Below, piece after piece: positions 1 through 9,431 of a DNA stretch of 21,362 bases. The notes beneath the pieces are model-generated. The model was given only the letters and a program-made list of their open reading frames with translations, was not told where the DNA came from and did no database searches. The stretch's first letter is position 1; each line of letters begins with the position of its first letter. The stretch is taken from assembly GCA_041492755.1 (NCBI GenBank), contig JBGPXN010000073.1:1-21362 (forward strand), read 5' to 3'. Source of the stretch: Candidatus Methylomirabilia bacterium. GTDB lineage: Bacteria; Methylomirabilota; Methylomirabilia; Rokubacteriales; CSP1-6. The position numbers and the translations under genes are program-made.

Positions 1-1
1 C

Positions 2-319
2 GGCGACTCCGTGCTCGACCTCGCCGCCTGGCGCCAGGCCACCGGGCAGGACCCGCACTCGTTCACGGAAACGCCCGCCGCGCTCTTCGTCGACGTGGCG
101 GCCGGCGACTACCACCTGCGCGCGGAGGCGGCCGCGCGCGATGCCGCGCTGGTGCCGACCGACGTGACCACCGACTTCGAAGGCACGGCGCGGCCGGTGG
201 GCCTGGCCGCTGACGTCGGCGCCGACGAGATCGGGCCGCCGGCGTCGCTACCGCCGGCTCCGCCGATCAACCTCATCGTCGGGACGGCGGTGTCGAGCCC
301 GGCGGCCCGCGTCTTTTGA
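2..319 (+). CDS. C-terminal end of a probable secreted right-handed beta-helix (pectin-lyase-like) protein, 5'-partial
   Basis: The frame is open from the window edge. It contains LAAWRQATGQD-HS, LFVD...GDYHL, DFEG..RP.G.AADVGADE and PAPPINLIV, which are typical C-terminal segments of such proteins. Confidence 0.7.
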   Translation, partial: GDSVLDLAAWRQATGQDPHSFTETPAALFVDVAAGDYHLRAEAAARDAALVPTDVTTDFEGTARPVGLAADVGADEIGPPASLPPAPPINLIVGTAVSSPAARVF

Positions 320-802
320 AGCTCCATTGAGACTTTTCACGGGGAGCTCTATGCGATGTCTACGCCCAGCCCACTTCACCAGCGCCTGTCCAGGCGGCTT
401 CGCCGCGAGCTCGAGGAGTACTTCGAGACGCGCGGCGTCGCCAAGGTGTTCAACGCTCCGATCGACGTGATCCTCGCGCAGCACGACGGCGTCCTGCCCG
501 AGTTCGTGATCGTGGCCGTGCCCTCCGAGATCGCCCACGGCACCATCGAGGGCGTACCGCTCCTGGTGGCCGAGGTGATCTCGCCGGAGAGCCGCGCCCA
601 GGACCAGAGCATCAAGGTGCGCCGCTACAGCGACCTCGGCATTGCGCACTCCTGGGTCGTCGATCCCGACGCCCGGACGATCGAGTGCCGGCGGCTCGAG
701 CGCGGCGCCTACCGGGTGGTCGCGGAGCCGACCGTGCCGGAGACGCTGCGGCACCCTGACTGGCCGGACCTCTCCATCGATCTCGCCGCGCTCTGGAGCT
801 GA
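320..802 (+). pseudogene. Uma2/DUF820 family endonuclease, N-terminally truncated and degenerate
   Basis: Family motifs PSPLHQR, APIDVIL, EGVPLLVAEVISP, K.RRY and WVVDP are present. Homology extends upstream of ATG 356 (IETFHGELYAM) to the TGA at 317-319. The usual QPD motif reads LPE. Confidence 0.7.
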
Positions 803-929
803 CGGGCAAGCGGGACGTCGCGGTCGGCCGCATCCCGGCGTCCGCCCCCAGGGGGGCGGTCAGGCGCGGTCGCGGCTCGGCGCGGGTTCCAGGAAGCGCT
901 TTTCCCGAGGCTCCTCCCGGCAGTGTCGG

Positions 930-2195
930 TCACGTCGGCGTCACCGCTCCCCCGCCGAGCAGGCGTTCCACGTCGCGCGCCCCGAAGCCGGCCCATTCGA
1001 GAATTGCGCGCGCCTCGCTCCCGAACGCGGCAGTCGGCGGGCCGGGTGCGAAGCCGCCGTCGCCCAGCCGCACCGGGGGACCGAGCACGGTCACCGGACC
1101 GAGCGCGGGGTGTTCGAAGCGATGGAACATCGCGTTCGCGGCCGGCTGCTCGTCGTCCAGGATCTCGACCGGCAGCACGACGCCGCTGGCCGGCACGCCG
1201 CGCGCGTCGAGGTGCGCCTTCCACTCCTCGGTCGTGCGCGAGGCGATCGTCGCTTCCACCGCCGTCTTCAGCGCGGCGTAGTGCCCGTCGACGTCGGAAA
1301 CCCTGCCCTCGAGCGCCGGATCGGCGTGACCGACGGCGGTGATGAACTTGCGGCGGAGCGACGGGCTGCCGCAGGCGATGGCGAGCGCGGCGTCCTTGGT
1401 GGCGTACGTGCGCACGTAGATCCAGCTCGAAGCCACGGGGCGATTGCGCGGCATGCGCTCGACCTGCTCGGCGAAGGGCACGCCGCCGCGGCGCGCCTGG
1501 CCGAGCCACTCGTGAAAGGCGGCGTGACGGGGGCCGTCGAGCGCTTCCACCCGCACCATGAGGTTGTTCTGGAGCGCGAGGGCGGCCAGCAGCAGCGAGG
1601 TGTCGACGCGGCCGCCGCGCCCGGTGCGCTCGCGCCGGAAGAGCGCGGAAGCGACGCCGAACGCGAGCAGCGTCGCCGCCATGTAGTCCGCGATCGGTGA
1701 TTCACCGGAGGTCGGCAGGCCGTCCTGCACGCGGCCACCCGTGACCATGAGGCCGCTACGGGCCTGGACGACGTGGTCCATGCCGGCGAGCGCGGCGTCG
1801 GGGCCGCGGGGACCGAAGGCCGTCACCGTCCCCGTGATGATTCGCGGGTGGCGCGCGGCAAGCTGCTCGTACTCGAGTCCCAGCTCGGCGGCCAGCCCGG
1901 GGCGCATGTTGGCCAGCACGACGTCGGCGCGGGCGAGGAGGGCGTCGAGGATCTCGCGCGCGTCGCGGTGCCGCAGGTCGAGCGGCAGCGCGTGCTTGCC
2001 ACGGTTGCGGATGACGAAGTGCCGGCTCTCGCCGGGCACGATGGGCGCGATGAAGCGGCTCGGCTCGCCCTCCAGCGGCTCGACCTTGATGACGTGGGCG
2101 CCGCCGTCGGCGAGCACCTGCCCGGCCCACGGCACCGCGATGAAGTGGCCGAACTCGAGAACGGTGACGCCGTCGAACGGACGCTCGCTGCTCAC
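930..2195 (-). CDS. CoA-transferase family III (CaiB/BaiF)
   Basis: Motifs LADGGAHVIKVEP, NRGK...LDL, ADV.LANMRPG and AFG..GP are present, with the catalytic-Asp region PIADYMAA. Confidence 0.93.
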   Translation of the reverse strand: MSSERPFDGVTVLEFGHFIAVPWAGQVLADGGAHVIKVEPLEGEPSRFIAPIVPGESRHFVIRNRGKHALPLDLRHRDAREILDALLARADVVLANMRPGLAAELGLEYEQLAARHPRIITGTVTAFGPRGPDAALAGMDHVVQARSGLMVTGGRVQDGLPTSGESPIADYMAATLLAFGVASALFRRERTGRGGRVDTSLLLAALALQNNLMVRVEALDGPRHAAFHEWLGQARRGGVPFAEQVERMPRNRPVASSWIYVRTYATKDAALAIACGSPSLRRKFITAVGHADPALEGRVSDVDGHYAALKTAVEATIASRTTEEWKAHLDARGVPASGVVLPVEILDDEQPAANAMFHRFEHPALGPVTVLGPPVRLGDGGFAPGPPTAAFGSEARAILEWAGFGARDVERLLGGGAVTPT

Positions 2196-2199
2196 CGGG

Positions 2200-3024
2200 T
2201 CATCCCTGCATGAAGCCGTTCAGCTCCGGGGTGCTGATCGAGCGATCGAGGTAGCCGAACGTGCCCTTGTCCTTCACCTCGCGGGCCGCGTCGAGCATTC
2301 CGGTCATCGCCATGCGATAGAGTGACGTGGCGAGACTGATCCGCTTGACGCCCGCGGCCTCGAGCTCGGCCACCGTGAACGACTTGCCCTTGATGCCGGC
2401 CATGAAGTTGAACGGCTTCGACAGCGCGGCGCAGACCGCGCGCACCGACGCGAGGTCGGGCAGCCCCGGCGCCATCAGCACGTCGGCGCCGGCCCGTTCG
2501 AACGCCTGCAACCGCTCGATCGCGTCGTCGAGGTTCGTGTTGCCGCGCAGGAAGCCTTCGGTGCGGGCGGTCAGCGTGAACGGGAAGGGGAGCGCGCGCG
2601 CCGCCTGCACCGCCGCCGCCACCCGCTCGGTGGCCTGGCCGACGTCATAAAGCGGCGTGTCCTTGTCGCCGGTCGCGTCTTCGATCGAGCCGCCGACCAG
2701 TCCGACGCCGCCGGCCAGGCGGATCGTCTCGGCCGCGACGTTCGGGGCGTCGCCGAAGCATTTTTCCAGATCGGCCGAGACGGGCAGGTCCGTCGCCTCG
2801 ACGATGGCACGGCAATGCGCCAGCGCCTCGTCGCGCGTCACCTTGCCGTCGCGCCGGCCGAGCGTCCCGGCCTGGGCGCCGCTCGACGTCGCGAGCGCCG
2901 GGAAGCCGAGCCCGGCCAGGATGCGGGCCGAACCGGCGTCCCATGCGTTGGCGACCAGGAACGCGCGGGCTCCCTGATGGAGCGCACGGAAGCGGGTCGC
3001 CTTGTCGCTCGGGCTGATCGTCAT
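2200..3024 (-). CDS. Isocitrate lyase/PEP phosphomutase family protein
   Basis: Motifs NAWDAGSA, GFPALATSS, PVSADLE, GGSIED, LTAR.E and AGADVL.APG are present. ATG 3024 has an AGGAGG SD, so the longer ORF start at 3180 is not used. Confidence 0.92.
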   Translation of the reverse strand: MTISPSDKATRFRALHQGARAFLVANAWDAGSARILAGLGFPALATSSGAQAGTLGRRDGKVTRDEALAHCRAIVEATDLPVSADLEKCFGDAPNVAAETIRLAGGVGLVGGSIEDATGDKDTPLYDVGQATERVAAAVQAARALPFPFTLTARTEGFLRGNTNLDDAIERLQAFERAGADVLMAPGLPDLASVRAVCAALSKPFNFMAGIKGKSFTVAELEAAGVKRISLATSLYRMAMTGMLDAAREVKDKGTFGYLDRSISTPELNGFMQG

Positions 3025-3109
3025 GACGTCCTCCTGGATCGCGCTTCGATCGATGATCCCGCTCCGGGCTTGGCCACGGCCAACTCCGAGCGGCGTACCC
3101 CGGCCCTCG

Positions 3110-4900
3110 CTACCAGGCCAGCGCGTACGTCGGGCGACGTGGATCGGCTCCGGCCGAGAGGACGCCCGACTCCGGATCACGGCGAGTGACGACCGCGCCG
3201 ATGCCGCAGGCCCCGATCTCGGTGACGTCGTGGCCGAGCGCTCGAAGCTCGGCGCGCGTGCCCTCGGGGATCTCGCGCTCGACGTTGAGCTGGCCGGGCC
3301 GGTAGACGCGCGGATAGAACGAGTTGACGAGCGTCTGGGTCGAGAAGCGCGGCGCTTCCACGGCTTGCTGCGGATTCATGCCGAACAGTAGCATGTTCAG
3401 CACCAGCTGCAGATCGGCCTGGCTCTGGTCGTCGCCGCCCGGGCAGCCGACGGTCGTGGTCGGCACGCCGTTCTCGCAGATCAGGTAGCTCACGAGCGTG
3501 GTGCGCGGGCGCTTGCCCGGCATCAGCGCGTTGGGATGCCCCTGCTCGAGCACGAACATCTCGCTGCGCGTGCTGAGCGTGCATCCCAGCTCCGCCATGA
3601 AGGCCGACTTCCTGAACACGCCGCCGCTCGGGGTCAGACAGATCATGTTGCCGTCTTGATCGATGGCCGCGATGTGCGTGGTGCCGTCGGCGGCCGACGC
3701 GTCCGCGGTCGCGCCGCTGGCCGCGACAAGGGGCGCTCCGGTGCCGTCGGCCCGACCGCGGCGGAAGGGATCGCCGGCCGGCGGCGCCTCGGGCGCGGCG
3801 CGGTCCATACGGATGAGCGCGGCGCGCTCCCGCGCGTAGGCGGGCGAGAGCAGTTCGGCGAGCGGGACGGCCGCGTCGCCGTAGTAGCGTTCGCGGTCGG
3901 CGAAGGCCAGCTTGAGCGCCTCGGTAACCACGTGGATGTATCGCGCCGAGTTGTGGCCCAATGCGCGTAGATCGAACGTCGCGAGCATGCCCAGGGCCTG
4001 CATGAGCACCGGGCCCTGCGTCCACGCGGACTGGCCGACGATCTCGCGGCCGGCGAAGGTCGTTCGCAGCGGCGGCTCCAGCCGGGCCCGGTAGCCGGCG
4101 AGATCGCTCGCGCGCAGGAGTCCGCCGAAGCGCTCCGAGAACGCGCCGATGGTGCCGGCGACGTCGCCGTGGTAGAAGCGCGCCCGGGCGGCGCCGATGC
4201 CAGCCGTTCGATGGCCACGGGACGTCGTGTCGGCCTCCACGAGCCGGCGGAGCGTCCCGGCGAGCGCTGACTGCACGAAAAGATCACCCACTTCGGGCAC
4301 CCGACCATTCGGATAGAACACGGCGGTGCCGCCGGGTGGATAGATCTCGAACTGGGTCTGCGACTCCCCGACGGCGAGCAGGCGATGCATGTACTCGTAC
4401 ATCGGAAAGCCGTGCTCGGCGTACTGCACGGCGGGCGCGAGCACGTCGCTGACCGTCTTCGTCCCGTACGTCTCGAGCACGGTCAAGTACGCGTCGACGG
4501 CGCCCGGCACCGTGAACGACAGATGCGCGTCCGGTCCCGGTCCGGTCGGAATCCGGTCGAGCTTGCGGCCGCGGAAGAACGCGATCGTGGCCAGCGCCGG
4601 CGCCACGCCCTGGCCGCTCACGGCGTGGATCTCCCGTGTGCGCGCGTCATGAACGAGCGCCACGCACTCGCCGCACAGGGTGTAGGACGCGGTCGGCTCC
4701 ACCACCGCCGCCGCGAAGCCGGCGGCGACGGCGGCGTCGAACGCGTTGCCGCCGGAGAGCAGCATGCGCATGCCGGCCATCGACACCAGCGGATGGCCGG
4801 AGCCGACGATCCCGTGCGTGCCGGAAACGACGGGCCGCGTGGTCGCCCGGTCCGTGGCGTGATGCTCGATCTCGTCGATCCGTCCCGTCGGTCTGCTCAT
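3110..4900 (-). CDS. Gamma-glutamyltransferase family Ntn-hydrolase
   Basis: Motifs GGNAFDAAVA, TVPGAV, A.KLAFADR..YYGD, the autoprocessing Thr in DGTTH, PGKRP, G.PGG and AGADPRR are present. ATG 4900 has a GAGGTG SD; GTG 4909 is an alternative start. Confidence 0.93.
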   Translation of the reverse strand: MSRPTGRIDEIEHHATDRATTRPVVSGTHGIVGSGHPLVSMAGMRMLLSGGNAFDAAVAAGFAAAVVEPTASYTLCGECVALVHDARTREIHAVSGQGVAPALATIAFFRGRKLDRIPTGPGPDAHLSFTVPGAVDAYLTVLETYGTKTVSDVLAPAVQYAEHGFPMYEYMHRLLAVGESQTQFEIYPPGGTAVFYPNGRVPEVGDLFVQSALAGTLRRLVEADTTSRGHRTAGIGAARARFYHGDVAGTIGAFSERFGGLLRASDLAGYRARLEPPLRTTFAGREIVGQSAWTQGPVLMQALGMLATFDLRALGHNSARYIHVVTEALKLAFADRERYYGDAAVPLAELLSPAYARERAALIRMDRAAPEAPPAGDPFRRGRADGTGAPLVAASGATADASAADGTTHIAAIDQDGNMICLTPSGGVFRKSAFMAELGCTLSTRSEMFVLEQGHPNALMPGKRPRTTLVSYLICENGVPTTTVGCPGGDDQSQADLQLVLNMLLFGMNPQQAVEAPRFSTQTLVNSFYPRVYRPGQLNVEREIPEGTRAELRALGHDVTEIGACGIGAVVTRRDPESGVLSAGADPRRPTYALAW

Positions 4901-4928
4901 GGGCGTCACCTCGATCAGGGTATACCGC

Positions 4929-6053
4929 TCACCACTCGAGCGCGTCGGCCATGCGGCGCTTGTGCCAGCGCGGGTCGCCGAGATAGGGGAACAGTGTCCG
5001 CGACATCTGCGTGTGGGCGGCCAGACCGTACTCGATCAGGCTGCCCTGGCCCGCGTGCACCTCGTGAGCGGCGTTGCACGCCTCGCGGTACGCTTCGCTG
5101 CTCACCGCCTTCGCCATGTGCACGGCCGCGGTGGCCGGACGGCCGCTGTCGAGCTTCCATAGCGCTTCGGCCGTCGTCCATCGCGCCGCGTCGAGATGAT
5201 TGACCAGATTGATGATGTGGTCCTGCACCCGCTGGAACTTTCCGATCGGCACGCCGAACTGCACGCGGATCTGACTGTGGGTGACCGACATGTCGAACAC
5301 GGCCTGGCAGCCGCCCACCATGTAGGAGCACAGGATCGGCAGCGCGCGGAGCAGCGCGCGCTCCAGCGCGGCCCATCCCTGGTTCTCGCGGCCGCCGAGG
5401 AGCTGATCCGCCGGAACCTCGACGCCCTCGAACGTGGCCTCGCCCTGCCAGGACAGAAAGCCGGGCAGCCGGCGCGTGCGAACGCCCGGCGCGCGCGCGT
5501 CGACCAGGAGCAGGCTCACGTCGCCGGGCCGCTCGCCGGTGCGCACCGCGACGATGAGATGCGTCGCCGAGGTCGCGTCGCTCACGAAGAGCTTCGTGCC
5601 GTCGAGACGATAACGATCGCCCAGGCGCTGCGGCGTCAGCGTGACGCCCGGGGGCCCCCACGAGGTGTTCGGCTCGGCGATGGCGACCGTCAACACCGTC
5701 GCGCCGCGCGCGAGGCTCGGAAGCACGGCTCGCCGCTGCGGCTCGGTCGCGGCTTCCATCACGGTGAGCGCGCCGAGCACCCCCGAGCTGAAGAACGGGC
5801 CGGGTAACGGTCCGCGTCCGAGCTCCTCGTACAGCACCGCCGCGTCGGCGACGCTGCTCTCGCTGCCACCATACTCGGCCGGGACGAGCATGCCGAGCCA
5901 CCCGAGCTCGGATGCCTTCTGCCACAGCGCGGGCGCCAGGCTCGATTCCGCGCGCTGGAGCGCGACGATGGCGTGACGGGGCGCCTCGCGCTACATGAAC
6001 GTGCGCGCGGAGGACCGGAGCATCTCCTGCGATTCGGTCAGTGCGAGATCCAC
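4929..6053 (-). pseudogene. Acyl-CoA dehydrogenase (short, non-catalytic-type partner subunit) interrupted by an in-frame TAG at codon 21
   Basis: From GTG 6053 the frame reads MDLALTESQEMLRSSARTFM*REAP...LWQKASELGWLGMLVPAEYGG, then continues with LDGTKLFV, RVQFGVPIGKFQ.VQ and HEVHAG. The TAG is at 5993-5991. Confidence 0.85.
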
Positions 6054-6054
6054 G

Positions 6055-6843
6055 TCAGCGTCCTCGAAACACGGGCTTGCGCTTCTCACGCCACGCCTGA
6101 TGGCCTTCGGCCTTGTCCTCGGTGAGCTCGAGCGTCGCGAAGCGGTAGAGATCGACGAGGGAGGCGTCCGCCACGTTGGGAATGTCCAGGCCGCGCAGCA
6201 GGGACTCCTTCGCGAGCCGGGCGGCCAGGGGCGGGAGGGCGGCGAGGTGGGCCGCGACTTCGAGCGCCTTGTCCATCAGCTTGGCGGGCGGGACCACCCA
6301 CTGCGCGAGGCCGATGCGGTACGCCTCGTCGGCGGTGAGCGGCAGGCCGAGCGCGAGCCGCATCGCGTGGCCTCGGCCCACCCAGCGGGCGAGCCGGACG
6401 GCGCCGCCGTAGGCGGGAAGGATGCCGAGCGCCACCTGCGGCAGCCGCCATTCCGCCTGGTCGGAGGCCACGAGCAGATCGCAGCAGAAGGTGACGATGC
6501 AGCCGATGCCGACGGCGTAGCCGTTGACGGCGCCGATCAGGGGCTTGGGAAAATTCGAGAGCACTTCGAATGCGCGGTTCTTGCGCTTGGGAAGGCTCTT
6601 GATGAAGGCCGCGGCGGAGTCGTGGGTGTGTGTCTTCGGGTCCTTGATGTTCGCGCCGGCCGAGAAGGCGCCGCCGCTGTCGTCACCGGTGAGGATCGCG
6701 CAGCGGACGTCGTCGTCCTCCTCCATGGCGGCGAAGTGGCGCGCGAGGCCCTCGTTGAAGTCCGGACCCCACGCGTTGCGTGATCCGGGACGGCTGAGCG
6801 TCACCACGCCGATGTGATCGCGCTTCTCGTACGAGACGGGCAT
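6055..6843 (-). CDS. Enoyl-CoA hydratase/isomerase (crotonase) family protein with an atypical active site
   Basis: Motifs VTLSRP..RNA, AFSAGA, PKPLIGAVNGYAVG.G, LGILP..GG and EKRKP.F.GR are present, with an AGGAGG SD. Confidence 0.93.
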   Translation of the reverse strand: MPVSYEKRDHIGVVTLSRPGSRNAWGPDFNEGLARHFAAMEEDDDVRCAILTGDDSGGAFSAGANIKDPKTHTHDSAAAFIKSLPKRKNRAFEVLSNFPKPLIGAVNGYAVGIGCIVTFCCDLLVASDQAEWRLPQVALGILPAYGGAVRLARWVGRGHAMRLALGLPLTADEAYRIGLAQWVVPPAKLMDKALEVAAHLAALPPLAARLAKESLLRGLDIPNVADASLVDLYRFATLELTEDKAEGHQAWREKRKPVFRGR

Positions 6844-6876
6844 GCGTTCCTCCTACTTCCGACTTCCAACCGAGAT

Positions 6877-6948
6877 CGAGGAGCGCCCCGGCTTAGCCGG
6901 GGCGCGCCGAGCGTTGGGGGTATCGGGGGCCATTTCGGGGCCCCTGAT
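6877..6948. repeat. REP-like double-hairpin intergenic element
   Basis: There is a perfect palindrome GCGCCCCGGC-TTA-GCCGGGGCGC at 6883-6905, followed by ATCGGGGGCC-N7-GGCCCCTGAT at 6922-6948 (one G-T pair). Confidence 0.7.
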
Positions 6949-6952
6949 CACC

Positions 6953-8185
6953 TTAATGCACCGTGCCGGCGGCTTCGCGCCCGGTCCGGCCGATGCCGAT
7001 GCGCCGCGCCATGCTGACGCGCTGGATGTCGGCGGTGCCACCCGGATGGACGGCGATGATGCCATTGCGCTGCTGCAGCTCCATGAAGCCCTCGGGCGAG
7101 CCCCAGATCTCGTCCGTCGTCAGCGCGACCGGCCCGACGGCTTCGAGGATGGCGCCGGTCATCCACAGGCCCGTCATCTTGCGGTAGTACGAGAGCTGCG
7201 GCCCCTCGTAGGAGCGCGGCCGGCGCGCGTAGGTCAGCCAGAAGTTTCGCAGCCCGAACAGCCGCTGGACTTCCGTCTTGATGTAGATGTCGGCCAGCAA
7301 ATCCCGCGTGTCCCCATTCTGCGCGAGCGGCACGCCGTCGCGCTTGGTCTCCTGGCAGTAGCGAATCAGCCGTTCCCAGACGCGATGCCGGCCGATGCGG
7401 CCGCCGGCGCCGTGCTCGAGCTCCAGATGCGTGCTGGCGGCCTTCCAGCCGTTGTTCTCGCCGCCGACGAGCGTGAACGCGGGCACGCGCACCTGGTCGA
7501 AGAACACGGTGTTCTTCTCGACCGGATCGGTGCCGCCCTCGCCGCCGGTGCCCATGAGCTCCATCGGCTGGATCGTGATGCCGGGCAGGCTGGCGTCGAT
7601 CATGAACCAGGACAGGTTCTCGTGCCGCTGGCCACCCGGGTTCGTGACCGCGATCATCCAGATGCGCTCGGCGCCGTGGTCGCTGCCGACGAAGATCTTC
7701 TGGCCGTTGATCACGTACTCGTCGCCGTCGCGGATGGCCGTCGTCGTCACCCCGGCGAGGTCGGAGCCGGCGCCGGGCTCGGTGAGGAGCTGCCACGTTC
7801 GCACGTCGCCGCGGTAGATCGGCGGCAACAGCGCCTGCTTCTGCTCCTCGGTGCCCCAGACCAGGATCGTCGCGGAGCCGAGCCGGCCGCCGCTGTCGTA
7901 GTAGGGCGGCAGCGACAAGCCGAAGCGGTCCACCTCTTCCTCGAGGATGATGGTGTGGTCCACGTCGAGCCCGCCGCCGGCGTATTGCACGGGCGCGCGC
8001 GGGTAGAGCCAGCCCTTGGCGCCGAGCTGTCGCCCGAAGGCGCGAAGCTCCTGATACCGGCGCAGGCTGTCCGCTTTCGAGACCGGCATGCGCGTGATCC
8101 CCGGCGGGACGGTGGCTTCCAGCCAGGCGCGGACCTCACGCCGGAAGCGCTGCTGCTCCTCGGTATAGGTGACCTCGAAGTCCAT
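6953..8185 (-). CDS. Acyl-CoA dehydrogenase (FadE26/FadE29-like subunit)
   Basis: Motifs FRREVRAWL, WGTEEQK, TEPGAGSDLA, INGQKIF, VFFDQVRVP, GGENNGW and GGTADIQR are present, with a GGGAGG SD. Confidence 0.93.
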   Translation of the reverse strand: MDFEVTYTEEQQRFRREVRAWLEATVPPGITRMPVSKADSLRRYQELRAFGRQLGAKGWLYPRAPVQYAGGGLDVDHTIILEEEVDRFGLSLPPYYDSGGRLGSATILVWGTEEQKQALLPPIYRGDVRTWQLLTEPGAGSDLAGVTTTAIRDGDEYVINGQKIFVGSDHGAERIWMIAVTNPGGQRHENLSWFMIDASLPGITIQPMELMGTGGEGGTDPVEKNTVFFDQVRVPAFTLVGGENNGWKAASTHLELEHGAGGRIGRHRVWERLIRYCQETKRDGVPLAQNGDTRDLLADIYIKTEVQRLFGLRNFWLTYARRPRSYEGPQLSYYRKMTGLWMTGAILEAVGPVALTTDEIWGSPEGFMELQQRNGIIAVHPGGTADIQRVSMARRIGIGRTGREAAGTVH

Positions 8186-8213
8186 GGACGGCGTCCTCCC
8201 GTTCGCCTTAGTT

Positions 8214-9350
8214 TCAGGGCCAGAGCGCGGCGGAGGCCAGGCGAGCGCCCTCGGCCATCGCCTGGAACTTCGCCCAGACGATCTCGGGCTCGACCTGGGG
8301 ATTGGACCGGGCGAACGTCCCGAAGCCGCAGTCGGTCCCGGCGATGACGCGCTCGCGCCCCACCACCTCGGCGTAGCGCACGATCCGCTGGGCCACCAGC
8401 TCCGGGTGCTCGATGAAGTTGGTCGTCGAGTCGAGGACGCCCGGGATGAGGATCTTGTCGTCGGGCAGCTTCACGTCCTTGAACACGGCCCACTCGTGCT
8501 CGTGGCGCGGGTTCGCGCCCTCCAGCGAGATCGCGCGGGGACGCGCCTTGAGCACGACGGGCAGGATGTCGCGAAGGGGGATGTCGCGGTGGTGAGGCCC
8601 CTCGTAGTTGCCCCAGCAGAGGTGCATGCGCAGCCGATCGGCGGGAATGTCTCGCAGCGCGTGGTTCAGCGCCTCCACGTTGCCCTGGGCGATCTTCAGG
8701 AACTCCGCGGTGCCGAGATCCGAAAACGCCAGGTGTCGCCCCATGGCCAGGTCCGGGCAGTCCACCTGCAGCACGAACCCGGCCGCGGCAATGGCGTCGT
8801 ATTCCTCCTTCATGACGTCGGTGAGGCGCGCCAGATACGCCTCGCGCGTCGGGTAGTACTCGTTGCGAAGAAAATGCGCGATGACCCCGGGCGACGCGGC
8901 GGTCATGAACACGTCGGCCGGCGGCATGCCGCCGATCGCCGCTTTGAGCGCGGCGATGTCTTTGTGAACCGCGGTCTTGTCCCGCCACTGGATCGGGCCG
9001 GTGCACGCCGGCCGCGACACCGACGTGCGGGGTTGGCGCGCCATCGCCTCGGGAAAGTCGGCCCAGTCGGGTCGGGGGAGGACCAGGTGCGCGCCTTCGA
9101 AGCCGGTCAGGCGGTGCCGGACGTACGTGGAGTAGCCGACTTTACCCTGCTCGCCGTCGTTGACGACGTCCACGCCCGCCGCTCGCTGCTTGCGGATCAC
9201 TTCGGTCACGGCCTGGCGAACGCGCGCGTCGAACGCGTCGGGATCGGGCAGGGTGCCGGTGTCCATGGCTTCCAGCGTGGTGATCAGGTCCCACGGCCGC
9301 GGCAAGCTGCCGGTGTGGGTGGTGAGGATGCGGTCGGTGCTCTGCTTCAT
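8214..9350 (-). CDS. Cobalamin-independent methionine synthase II (single-barrel MetE-like) family protein
   Basis: The N-terminus reads MKQSTDRILTTHTGSLPRP, followed by DGEQ and LQVDCPD. Zn-ligand motifs HLCWGN, LEGAN and TDCGF are present. The 1012-aa ORF extension is antisense to the ABC-F gene. Confidence 0.92.
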   Translation of the reverse strand: MKQSTDRILTTHTGSLPRPWDLITTLEAMDTGTLPDPDAFDARVRQAVTEVIRKQRAAGVDVVNDGEQGKVGYSTYVRHRLTGFEGAHLVLPRPDWADFPEAMARQPRTSVSRPACTGPIQWRDKTAVHKDIAALKAAIGGMPPADVFMTAASPGVIAHFLRNEYYPTREAYLARLTDVMKEEYDAIAAAGFVLQVDCPDLAMGRHLAFSDLGTAEFLKIAQGNVEALNHALRDIPADRLRMHLCWGNYEGPHHRDIPLRDILPVVLKARPRAISLEGANPRHEHEWAVFKDVKLPDDKILIPGVLDSTTNFIEHPELVAQRIVRYAEVVGRERVIAGTDCGFGTFARSNPQVEPEIVWAKFQAMAEGARLASAALWP

Positions 9351-9404
9351 ATGGTTCACCCCGGAGTGTGGTGCCGCCCTGGCGCGGCGTCGACTTCGCG
9401 CGCG

Positions 9405-9431
9405 AGTATAGTCCACCGCTGCCTCTATAAT
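9405..9431. promoter_or_regulatory. Candidate divergent -10 hexamers
   Basis: TATAAT lies on + at 9426-9431, toward the uORF/ABC-F. TATACT lies on - at 9410-9405, toward the MetE-like gene. No clear -35 boxes are visible. Confidence 0.5.

Noticed and set aside
803..929. Terminator between the convergent Uma2 and CoA-transferase genes
   Set aside because: Only imperfect GC pairing and no U-tract, which is expected by chance at this GC content.
3025..3180. N-terminal extension of the ICL-family ORF
   Set aside because: It overlaps the GGT 3' end, and a strong SD sits at ATG 3024.
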